Below are positions 38,501 through 50,500 of a stretch of DNA of 64,000 nucleotides, piece after piece; position 1 is the stretch's first letter, and every line of letters begins with the position of its first letter. The translations under genes and the position numbers were made by a program. The notes beneath the pieces are model-generated. The model was not told where the DNA came from, searched no databases, and was given only the letters and a program-made list of their open reading frames with translations. This DNA is from Catajapyx aquilonaris (lineage: Eukaryota): positions 62,001 to 126,000 of the forward strand of contig JYFJ02000540.1 of NCBI GenBank assembly GCA_000934665.2, given 5' to 3'.

Positions 38501-41500
38501 ACAGTCCCAATGTTTATCTTTTCCCTGGACTAAAAACACACCCCCTATTGATTACCCTCGAATCTGCATGTTACGAATGCAATTAAGACTCGGTATCGCC
38601 CAAATGCACTTGCGGTTGTAAAAGGATCGTAAAAAAACGCGTGCAAACATGGTAGCACACTGTATATTTTTTGTCCTATTCTCTTCTTCCACTTTTCCAC
38701 TGAGTCGAATTAAGGTAAACACACCCATCCAGCTTCAACGACCATTATTGGATGATTGCTGCGCCGCAGCAACCACAATCTAAGCTCCTTGGACGATTCA
38801 TAAATTGCCGAGCTCAATGTTGACACGGCAATTACCTTCGATTACTGTACCACGAGGAGCTCGTAAGCCCCCCACCATAAATAGGCCATGGGATTAATAA
38901 TATAATAACTACTCGCGTGTTCTGGATTGCCGCCCGGTTATATAAAGTCACAACCTTTCCAGGGGGCGTTACACTTCCTTCTTTTTTTTCTTCCTTTATC
39001 TCGGCGAGGAAATTGTTTCCTTCCTAAAGCAGTATGATCAATATCGTCATATTTGCAACGGGGAAAAAAGGACTGCAGATTCCTTCAGGGCTGGGTGGTG
39101 GAGAAAGTTCCACTTTTTTATCCCCCTTCTTGTTCAGTGTGCTGACTGAAGCTCTGTCCCTCCTCTTTTCTTTCTTTTCCTTTTTTCTTCGTCTCGAAAA
39201 TCTAGTTTGGATCCTTGTTTGAAGTTTGCAGGATTGCTTATTCCACAGTTACAGTGGCCTTTTCAAGGGTCCTTGTCGTTTCACGCAGCCCCGGGATATC
39301 TCCATTGCTTGCAGTGGAAGGTGACCCCCATGTGTCAACCGTGCTTCACAAATAACTGTACTGGTTTTATATATAGCAGTGTGCAAATGTAAATAGAGAG
39401 GAAACGAATCAAAGGGGATTGACTCCCAGGTGCAACGACCTTCCCAGAGGTTTGTTCATATAGATTCAGAAGAAACTATAAGCGCATGTATATGTTTAAA
39501 ATTGATTGCAAATATCAGAAATAAAGGAGTGTAAATGCTAGCTACAAAATTAAACATCGAAGGCTGTCAATAAACAGATGAATGAGCTTGATCGATTGTT
39601 GCAGTCAACTTTCAAAAAAAAATGTTCTAAATTAGGCTTACCATTAGAAAGCTACACATTTTTTTCTTCAAAATTGACCCAACCTCTTTTGCACTTTTTC
39701 ATAATTTCAAACATCGTAATATTGCGTGTTTTGTGCTGTCCAGGAGTTCAGGCATAGATATTGCAAATTAATTTATACAACCAACATTAAAATGTAATTC
39801 AACTTATACAGTGGCATTAATTCTATTTGCGCTCACATCAATGTGTGTGTCCAGCAAAAATGACAAAACTAATTAAGCAACCACTTTCAACTTGGAAAAG
39901 AGCAATATGAGTACACATAGATTTTTGCATATATCTCACATCCGCATAGCAAAATTATGAACACCCGCCCCGGCACACCAAAATGAAAAAAAAAAAATCA
40001 ATCCTTGAAAACACCCATCAACAAAAGGTAAAGAGCAGCCTTGCGCCATTTTTGACTGAAAATGGCTGCAATTACGAGTATCATCATCACATTGATATCG
40101 TATGGTCACGCCCATTCCACCGTAATTACGACTTGTAACCATTTTAATACGAACCTTAACGGGGCCATTATATCACTCTTGACGGCGCCTCCTGGGCCAC
40201 AAAAAAAAATTGCCTTTCGGATGATACTCCTCAGCCTCATTCCATCTTAAATATTTCTCACCCCTTCCAGTCTTCCTCATATTTCCATATAATTACGCAG
40301 GCCAAGCGAAGGAGAAAAAAAGGAGAGAGAGAAAAAAAAGGTGAGTAGTAGCGCCCGAGAGGAGATTGGCCAAATGATTTCCAGCGCTAATGTCTCCTGC
40401 ACAAATCTTCATTAAAGGACTCAGGAACGACGTCGCTTGGCCGCCATTAAATTTCGCGAGTGCTGCGATGATTACCGGGGACAGCGGACATTTTCGCAAT
40501 GAATTTCTCCAGTCCCTATTCTCTGCTGCAAATGTCTCCCAAAAATATTCTCGAAATAGCAGTAGTCTCATATTATACACGATTTTTTTCCAGCTTGTAA
40601 TGTTAGTAGCTAATGTTTGATTGTAAACAACTGGTTAGTTAGTGCAATTAAATTGTTAGCTAAAGTGGACAGATTTGAACCAGACTGAATTTTTGCCTAC
40701 GCAGACTCCGGAGTGCTGAAGCTCGACAAGCACTTCTCTCCGGTGCGAGTAGTCGTGAAAGTAGCTTTTCCTCCTGCCAATTTTCCCAGAAAGCCATAAA
40801 ACCTGCATTTACAACGTTAGCAATCATTCTCAAGTGGAAAGCTTTGCTCTTAACCGGTGGAGTTTACAAGGGACGAGGAATTTCTCTTTCGCACTGGAAA
40901 GTTGACATGCATCATTTTCTTCCGCCCCCTTTGCCTTAAAGATTTAGGGATTCTATTAAGAAAGAAGACATGCTGGAACTTCCGGAGTAGCCCCCAGGAG
41001 AACATGCGGCCAGGTTCAATCAGTGTATCGATGTAATCAGGGCTTACCCACTCTATTTATTCTCAAGTTCATGAGCTCTGATTCTGTGAGTGCATTCCCC
41101 TCACCTTCAAAACAAAACAAAAAAAAAGTCAGGGTCTCTCCCAAACTTTTGCAGGAGTCTCCTGCAACAAGGCGTAGGCGAACGGCAGCCTAATTATCCT
41201 GGACTTATTGAGCAGACGTGTAACCTGGAGCGTCGCCTCCCGATTTTCCAGGAAGCTGGCATTGCCTTGCATTAGCCCCACAGACCAAAACGGTGGCGCT
41301 GTTGATTACAACAAAGGCGTCACTCTCCTTGTTGGGAATTCACCTCGTTGGTGTAGTTTTCCACGCCCTGGAGCCTTGGCTCCCTGTTGAAACAGCCTGG
41401 CTCATTAGTGGCAGCCGCCAGCCGACAAACTTGTCAAACTTGGCCCTGATGGGCGAAAGAGGCCAAAAGGATAGGAAAAGAAGAAGAAGAAGTGGAGGAA

Positions 41501-44500
41501 AAGCAGAAGCAGCCAATGCGACTCCAAGCAACTTTGCATGGAAACCCACAGATCAGCACATCGTAGCTGTACCCAAACTCAGGCGAAGTTGAGGCTTCCA
41601 AACCCATAGTTGAAAACCAGGTCGAATGGATTCCGGTATTAGTTTGGAGCAAACGGTGGTCAACCGCCTCTCGCTCCTCTCAAGAGATTGGGTACTTGAA
41701 ATGCCGCCGAACATTTGCTGTCTATCTGCAGTGTTTCGCAACTACTCAATCCCGCAAACTTCTTCCGCCAATTTCTGGTCACTTATAGTTGGCTTGCACC
41801 ATTGAATGTGTACAGTACAGCCTCAGCCCCTCCAATAAGTTCATGTTCGGTTAACTGTATATGGCTGCTCAAAAAATTCGTAGAAAAAAAAATATTGCCA
41901 AAAGCAAGCAGAAGATGCTGTTTTTGCAGAAATGTTTCTCCATCACTCTTATCAGATAACAAAGCGAAGGAATCAAAGCGAATTGACAAACGAAGAGCAT
42001 GATTGACATCATTAATGATACCTCTTAACAAGCTTTACTTGAAATGGATAGAAAAGACAACAAAAGTTCAGTTGATCAGAAATGCTCTCAGAAAGGCAAC
42101 AAGAAGTGGTCTCCCCCTTTTTTTCCAGGTGAATTGACTATTTAATTATTACTTTACGAGACCTTCCTTTAGATCCATTATTCTGTTTCCTCCCTCAGGA
42201 GCATTCAATTACAAGAATTTGCGCTCTATTTCCACCTTGCCCTGTATGCATAATTAGTACTCCATAATAATTAATTAGATTCCTGCCCAATTACCTTCCT
42301 GCCATTTTTTTTGGTACAGAACGCAAAAAAATGTACCAACCGACACCAAAATTGGAACCTCTTTTAGAAAAAAAATTAATGTTTGACCAACATAAAAATC
42401 GAGCTGCCTAGGAGTAATCGTGAGAGTAATCGTCGCAAGTCCAGCGGACGGATTGGGGAAGATTTCCCAGAAGGGCATGTCCCAGTCAGGTTGTCAGGTC
42501 ACGTGCGGCCATGCCTCTAGAGGAGAAGAAGCATCGCTGGGAAAAGAGAGAGAAACTCTGGTGTGGTGCAAACGGGATGGGTTGGAACTTGTAGCAAGAA
42601 TTCCTTAATGTTGGTGCCAGGTTCTGGTCCTCCCGAAAATCGTTGGCGACAGTTGAGTGAAAGGACCATCTCGTAGTTGGAGGTGTCTCCAGAGGTCAAC
42701 CTGGGATGGGGGGATTAGTCCTAGGGGGGAGGCCTTCATTGTGCCAATCGGCTTTCATCGAGTCAGGATCGGAATAGAAAGTGGTTCCTTTCCAGGTGGA
42801 CTCTGCCCTCGAGGGATTCACACAGGACATGGCAGGCAAAGATAGGGATTAAACCCCACTGGTCAAACTTCAAAATATGAAGCTAAGTCCTTGGCCTGTT
42901 TTTTTAAAAACGATTTAACTAAAGACCGTACTACAGAAGGTTACGAAAGCTTCCCCCGTTTGTACTTCATTTTCAAAAGGTATTATTAGCAAAATTAATT
43001 ACCGCCATTAATGCAGGGTGGGGCAAAAGAACAGCCATTTTTAAAACCATCCAGGCTGGTACTTAATAAAAGTACTCTTGCTGCGAAAAATAGAACACAC
43101 TGTAAGCCCCCTGACATCAAAGGGAGTTTTATGCGACCAATAGGCCTAATGACATTAATTAAGCTCGTTGCATGCAACCGCAAAAAAAATCGGCTTAACA
43201 TCAGATCTGATTTCGCAAACAGTGTTTCCTGTGTGAAAACTGGCAGCGTGACAAGGGGGGGGGGTCTAAGAAAAGGAGTTCTTGTCCACTTGATTTACGG
43301 CCAGATTTTACAGCCAGTTTTTGGGAAGAAATTCCTAACTACCTCTCTACACCAAACAAATTCGCTAAAAAATTTAGCTGTAATATCTAATCAGATATGG
43401 CTCGCAAAATTGAGCAGTTCAAAATGGGTTTGATTCAATATTGCAGATTAAAATCGGTATGGCAAAAAAACGCGTATTTTCACGGGCTATCGGTGGCTTG
43501 GAAGATTGCACTGGTAACAGTTAATTAGGTCAGAGGGCGATAATAGTAACAGCAGGTGTATTGATTTATCGGAAATCTAAGGTCACGTTGTGAAACTGTT
43601 GCGATAACGTGGGGGAGGGAATTGCAAATTGATTTTCACCAGATGAAGTTCAGCAGATGCTCCTCATGTAATCTTGAAGATACAGTCCGATGTATTGGCC
43701 AAAATTTAGTCGACTATTGTTATTTACAAATTGCGATAATAAAATGAAGGTAAAATTCATAAAAATATTTTTATTAAATGGGTTGAGTTGGCCGAGGCTG
43801 ATTTATGAACGTACTTACGTCGCGTCAAAATAAAAAATGCTGGACGCGCAATATTCTCACGTGCCCAATTCGACCACACACACAAAAAAAATCCCTGAGT
43901 CTTATAACGACGCCAGACGCATTTCACCGGCAGTGTGAACCTGGCATCCAAAAATGATGGGTAATAAAAAAGAGAGGGGATCGAAAGGTCCATGGGCGTC
44001 ATTCCTGCCTGCATATACTATGCTATACCATCGCTTTTCTGCATAAGAAGCTAGGGGGGCTCCTAAACGAAATTGACGACTCACTCAAACGTCGTTTGCC
44101 TTCTCAACTTTTTTCCGGGGCTGGCTCAGCAAACCACCATTTTTGCCTTCCGCAATAAGCCTCAAAAAAGTGCACAAGCAAGCAACTATTTGATATACGT
44201 ATCCGAATCTACATATTTCGACAATATTCGGGGGGTTATATCAACTTGAAATATTCAATTAGCGCGTATTAATCTTTCTTCTCTCCGTCAGATGTTTGTC
44301 CGACCTGATAGTACAGCTATCTCTCGCATGACCTGAGGGTGGCAGGAGTGTGCAAATGCGCCATCTGTGCGTGAAGAATAGTACTGCATGGTAAATTGGA
44401 GAGCCACCTCATTAAAGTTGTTTGTTTGTCACTGTCATACTGGTTATAGCTTTGCCTAATTTTGGCAACGGGTTCACTAGTTGCTCGTACTTGGTATAAA

Positions 44501-47500
44501 CGCAACTGACCAATCGCAATTTTGTCCTGATTTAGACCACCCAGTGGCTCGTTTAGTAACGTTTATAACAGCACGAACTTTTTTCCCCCCGTCAAAGTTG
44601 CGACTGCTATTTTTTTTTGGTTGGACTGCGACTGTCCGGATAAAATCCGGAGCCGAAATGACATTTGTGATGCACAGCGTGCAACATTTAATGGACATCC
44701 ATTGCGCTAATCCGGCCTTGATAGAGGGTTGGGTTGCCCCGGCTGAGTGGGGATAGTTGGAATTGTCCACATGTAGAACGCACCGTTACCCTGCATTACA
44801 CCTGGTTCGTGCTAATCCTCGGAGGCCCGGAAAATCCGGGGAAGGGTTCGAAAATATATACGGAAGGGTATACATGCGCATGCGTGGAGTTTAGAAATCC
44901 GGGTTGCGCGCGATTCGGATTAGAATTTTTTTTAGGTACACCCACCGAATTCCGGTTTGGGTTTGTGGCCCGGATACAACCCACCCACTCCGGATCTATC
45001 TCTACCCAAATAAATTCGGATGGCCAGCAATCGGGCTGTCGGTAATGTAACCGCGTTTCGCTGCAACGCGCTTCGATTATCGATTGTAATTGCAGATTTC
45101 GGTCGACTGCCAAGCAATCCTATCTGGTTGGGTCTGAACCATTGCCGTTTTTTGCATTAAAAAGCAAGCGCTTATTGTTGTGTAAAATATTGGACGCCCC
45201 CCTCGGATATGTTGCCAGTGCTTTTGTGCAATTCGGATTTGCTTGCAGGGGAAACTCGTAACAAAAAGGATGAAGGGAAAATCTGCAATTGAGTTTATCA
45301 TATAATTCAAATTAAAAGAAATGAGGTACAATCAATCAAATTATTACATGATAATCTGATTTAATTACACCGAGCATCGATTCCCACTGCGAGTTTTATA
45401 CGATTATCCGACGAGTCTATTAAGCGGAGGATTCACCAGATAAATTAAGGACAAAAATTCTATGCAAATATCAGAAATATGAGTCGTGTCGTGGAATTTA
45501 CAGTACTACTATTATATTATACGTACTATAATTATTATTACATAAATAATTTCATGCCACCCCCAGCAACTGATATCTTTACAGCAAATAGCAACTAATT
45601 TCAATTTCTCCAAGTCGAGCAGCAGCAAAACTGACAATTAGAGAAGATGGAAATGGGACTGAAAAATTACAGTCCTTGAGCTTCATTAGCGCAAGATTGA
45701 TTCCGCGACGGTTATGATGAAACCGTAAACTTCGTGCAATCTCAGGCAAAGAGTCATAGAAACGTGAAGTTGTCCTCGAAATCAACCGTTTGAATCGACC
45801 AGGTTGCTACAAATTTGCCAAAATTTTCTTCCATATTTCCCAAACATATTTGTATCACTTTCCGCATCCAGAGCGCCTAATTAGATCCCAGATTTTTCCG
45901 CGAGTTTTTTAAATACGCAATTTGGACATCCGCTCTCTGCAAAATGAATCGCGGATTTACAATCGGGGTTTTCGCAGCTGCAATATTTTCGGTCAGGTCG
46001 CGGCGAGAAACCTTGTGTTGGAACTCGCAAAAACGTTCATTTCCCGATGAGAGAGTGGTCCTTTTCCCCCGTCAAATTGGCCGAACGCTATCTGTTCGGG
46101 CCAGACAACTCGTTTTGCGCCCCCCCCCCCCTTCCAAAAAAAAAAAACTGGGTGCTATTTGCACACGATAAAAACTGTATCAAATCAAACGGCGGAAATT
46201 TATTCCGCATTTTTTGAACCCAACTCCGCTCTGGTATGACGAACATTACGTGGGGAGGGCAACCCTCGCAAAAACGTACTTTTTTAAAAAAAAATGTGCT
46301 TGGAACCCGGATAAATTTTATTTTATGCCCGACGCTACCGACTACTCTTGGGAATTTTATCCGGGACATGTTAATAAGTCAGTCTTATACGCTTCCGATT
46401 TTTCCAGTTTTTAGAGTGAGAGCGTTCGACCTTTTTTTTTTATACGCAGAAAAAAAAATCCGTGCGAGGCGAAATGGGTTTGTGAATATTCCCTTTAAAC
46501 CTAGAGCCTGATCCATAAAGCATCAAAGCGGGACATTTTCTACCGTCATATTTGAGTGACATATTCTGGTTTGAGGCTCGCATTCTAAACAGAGTGGAGC
46601 AAGTGCCCCACATGTTTAATTTAATGCCAGGCTCCGCGAAATCGGACGCCTATTGACCCAGCCCGGATCCCCGGATTTGATTTTATTACAGTTTTGTGTA
46701 TACACACTGTTTGCCTCTCATGTTGGAGTCATTACATATACGTAAGAGGGTCATTCGCTCAAGTCGACATTTTTGACCTCGCTGCACTCATGCGAAGGAC
46801 TCCGCAAAATCGCATCAAAACACCATAAAGTCATCCAATTTCTGCAAAGCGTGATAATACGACCGGACATCGCATAACTGTTAAGAAGCATTAAATTTTG
46901 TCCAGTACGTGTGCAGAATCCGGAAAATGACTAGGCTGGGGCCTGGAACTAAAACCGGTCGCTCCTATATTACAGCGAGCTGGAGCTGCACTTGTGTGAT
47001 TGGTCGCAGAGTTATGGGAGCGAGAATGACTCTCCGAAGGCATCAGTCCTCAGCAGTCCCATGTCGTCATTTATCGGGTGAGTCAGAACTTGATTAGAAC
47101 TACTGGGAATGGATAGATCGGCTCAAAACTAGTCAAAAATGTAGAGGTACGATAATGCGATTTTGGCAACTGTTAACGACAAAAATGGCGATAAAATTAT
47201 GAGTGCCCTTAGACACACGCGGCCACCCACCTTGTATACTTTTTCCTACAGTATAAGTTCGTTTATCGACATTTTTCATCCCTACATTTGTCGCTCATTT
47301 TGAGTCGATCTATTCAGTGACCTCCATATGAACTGGTGAAGTTTTTGGCACAACCTGTATATAGCCAGTGAAATGGATTGGTGTGAGGCGAAAAAGAGAT
47401 GTCTGCCAGAAGCAGCAGGCCTCGCTTTCATTAGTTCCGGTGGCCAACGGGGCAATCGCAACCGGAGTCTCGGCCTGAAACGAGCAGAAGCGAGNCCTAG

Positions 47501-50500
47501 ACACACGCGGCCACCCACCTTGTATACTTTTTCCTACAGTATAAGTTCGTTTATCGACATTTTTCATCCCTACATTTGTCGCTCATTTTGAGTCGATATA
47601 TTCAGTGACCTCCATATGAACTGGTGAAGTTTTTGGCACAACCTGTATATAGCCAGTGAAATGGATTGGTGTGAGGCGAAAAAGAGATGTCTGCCAGAAG
47701 CAGCAGGCCTCGCTTTCATTAGTTCCGGTGGCCAACGGGGCAATCGCAACCGGAGTCTCGGCCTGAAACGAGCAGAAGCGAGCCAGGGTCATCACCGAGT
47801 AACGACCCACGTGGCAGCTGACGATCGTCACAATTTCACCTCCAATTTTTCCTAACAAGCCACAGAAGTACAGCACATGCAACTCGACTTCCCGTGTCGT
47901 CCATGTACCATTAATGTGATAATAAATATTCTGGATAAAGAGGACAGCACGCAACACGAAGCAGGAAATGTAAAATATTGAGGTTCGATCCATGTGTCAC
48001 ATGCTATACGTATATGATATGACATTATCTGGTTGGTGCCACTTCCTGGAATAGTATCTGATAGCCTGTCTATAGTAATATAGTATTATTAAATAATGCC
48101 TTTTTAAGAGGGAAAATATTGCAATTGTGTGTCAACCCACAAAAAATGTCAAAATTGAGTTAATCCCAGGAACATATATAACCAAAAGGATGGTACTTCA
48201 TTTAGTTAAAATCAAGCTGGCGAAATCTGCCTTAAAGGACCGAATTAATTTCACATGTGTGACATTCAATGCCCCTTTTCTCAAACACTGTTCCTATGTG
48301 GGTTGACTCATTGCGTGACACCCTCTAATTGTGCAAAAATATTTGAGCTAATATGCCCGAGCTTGCCATACATTTCACCGTCAGTTGGCTCTCCGAAAAA
48401 CGTATTGTTCCAGCCAAAATTCCGGGGTGCCATTCAAATTTTATGGGCCCGTAGTTGGCATTAACAATCAGTGGAGGAGCCTTCCTAAGGGAATGGCGGG
48501 GGTCACATGTTTCTTCCACTCCAAAAATGCTGCTTCTCTCCCATCTCCCAAACACTACTCCTAGGGCCTGGTTTATGGCGACTTTTCGTTCCTCGTGCAG
48601 CTTCCGCCAGCAATATCCAATGAGTAATGGAAGGGGCCTCCCTTTTTCTCCCCCAAAAAAGTCCCTGTTTCCCAAAAGTGGCGCTTTCCGAGGGGGGGTC
48701 CGTTTGCAATACTTTTTCTGGGGAGGTCCAGTCACCCCCTCTCCTTCCATCCCTGGCTGCCAAGCGCTCTCGCTGGACCATCCTCGCCTTACAAAGTGTC
48801 CGATTTGACAAATAACCCAGACACGTTTCGGCGAGAGCTTCCCCATGGCAGCCAGCTTCTGGAGCAACAGGCGGAAGATGGAGTTTCATAGCTTATCCTA
48901 TCCTACCACCATCCATACCGCCCTTTTTTTGGATTGATTTAGCTTCTATTGGAAATGATATCGACCGACTCATTCACAATATTGTGAAATCGTGGAGTGT
49001 ACAAATTCCCATCAGGTTTTTGCCTTGAGATCGATAATTGCCAATTAATTGCATTGACGGTGTTAGAAAAGGTCGACGGGTTTTTTTCTCTCTCTCGCAG
49101 CACCGTCGTCTGCAAACTTTCCAAAGTCTTTTCTTCTTTTTTTGGCGGTCCTTTGACAGGGAACAAAAGCCTATCCATAATTTATTCGCCACTTGCCAGT
49201 CTCGCTTATTTTTATTTCCGTTGCTAAGCGTCGGAGGAATTTTCAGCTCGGGAGAAGAGAACCCGTCGCCTTTCACTTGGGAAGTATTTTCCTTCAAACC
49301 AGGCTCGCGGCACACAGTTTTCAGTTAAAACAGAAGCAACGTATTGATCGCAGTACTTCACACAGCCGTGACATAATAAACTTTAATTAACCCCTGAAAA
49401 ATGCTTCTGTCACTTGAGCCCTGTTGTCACTCTGTGCATTAACCGACTCAATAAATTACGTCGAAATGATCGGTGGATTTACATGGATCAGGTTCGTTTT
49501 CCATCCTGAAAGTTAGACCAATATATTGGTTGCATTGAACTGTCAGGATGAACTGCCAATAAAAAGGGATCTCTGCCGTTTGTCAAGAGTGATTTTTACC
49601 ATTACTGCTCGGCACCTGTAAATTTATTCAAAAATTAAACATTACAGTGCTGATGTGCAATACGCCTTTTTCGCCCTTTGCATTATACATACATGGAAAA
49701 AGCAGATACAGCGTAATTAAATGCGTTCATTTGCATGCCATATTTATGGCGATATTTTAATGAAATGTTGCGGTATGAAAATTAAACATAGTTCATTGCA
49801 CCTGAGGATGCTTGGTGAAGTAAATAATCTACAAAATATACCCTTTTGAACTAGTGATTTTGGAGGTGTACCACACCCACAAGCACACCCATGCTTCATT
49901 TCGCCAGTTGCCTAGTGCACTGCTCTATTTTAGACTCTCTTCTTTGTTCCATTAAAGCCCCATGTAGAGCTTCTCTAATGTATCATTCAACTCTCTTTCA
50001 ATCATTTAATTAGGACTAATTAGAAGTCACAGTAATACAATGGACTGCAAAATTATTCACAGCATTTTCTGGAGAATATTGGAAATACTGTGTGGTGTAG
50101 TTTGTCCTGATATGATAAAATCTCGGCTGAAATCAAACAAATTCTATCCATATCTTGAAGACCTGAACTGTAAGAGTTGAAAATAATGTAAGTTACGCTT
50201 TTAGCAATTCGCCCTTCCGTGTATCTATTACCGATAATTGGACAAAACTGTTGCAAGTTTTCAGGATTCCAAGAATTACTCGCTCACTACACAAGAACAG
50301 GAAGCATATTTTTATTTCTTCCGTTTCCCTTTTCCGAACAACGGAAAAACAGCATGTTGTTACGCGAGGCAAAACTAGAGCACAGATGGCGGCATGTTCA
50401 GTGTAATTTTTTTTTTAAATCCATTAAGAGCATATCCATAGCAGTAGTGCTTTTTCTCCCTGCCCAAGAAAAATGTCGATAAAGAAATCAGTCACTCTAA

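Noticed and set aside
44630..45040. Cluster of ccgg/tccgga motifs (also ~35020-35150)
   Set aside because: It suggests a decayed repeat, but I could define no boundaries or period.
48107..48326. Possible MITE with gaggg...gtcaacccac / gtgggttgac...ccctc inverted ends
   Set aside because: Only a ~11-bp clean match and no clear TSD, so too weak to call.
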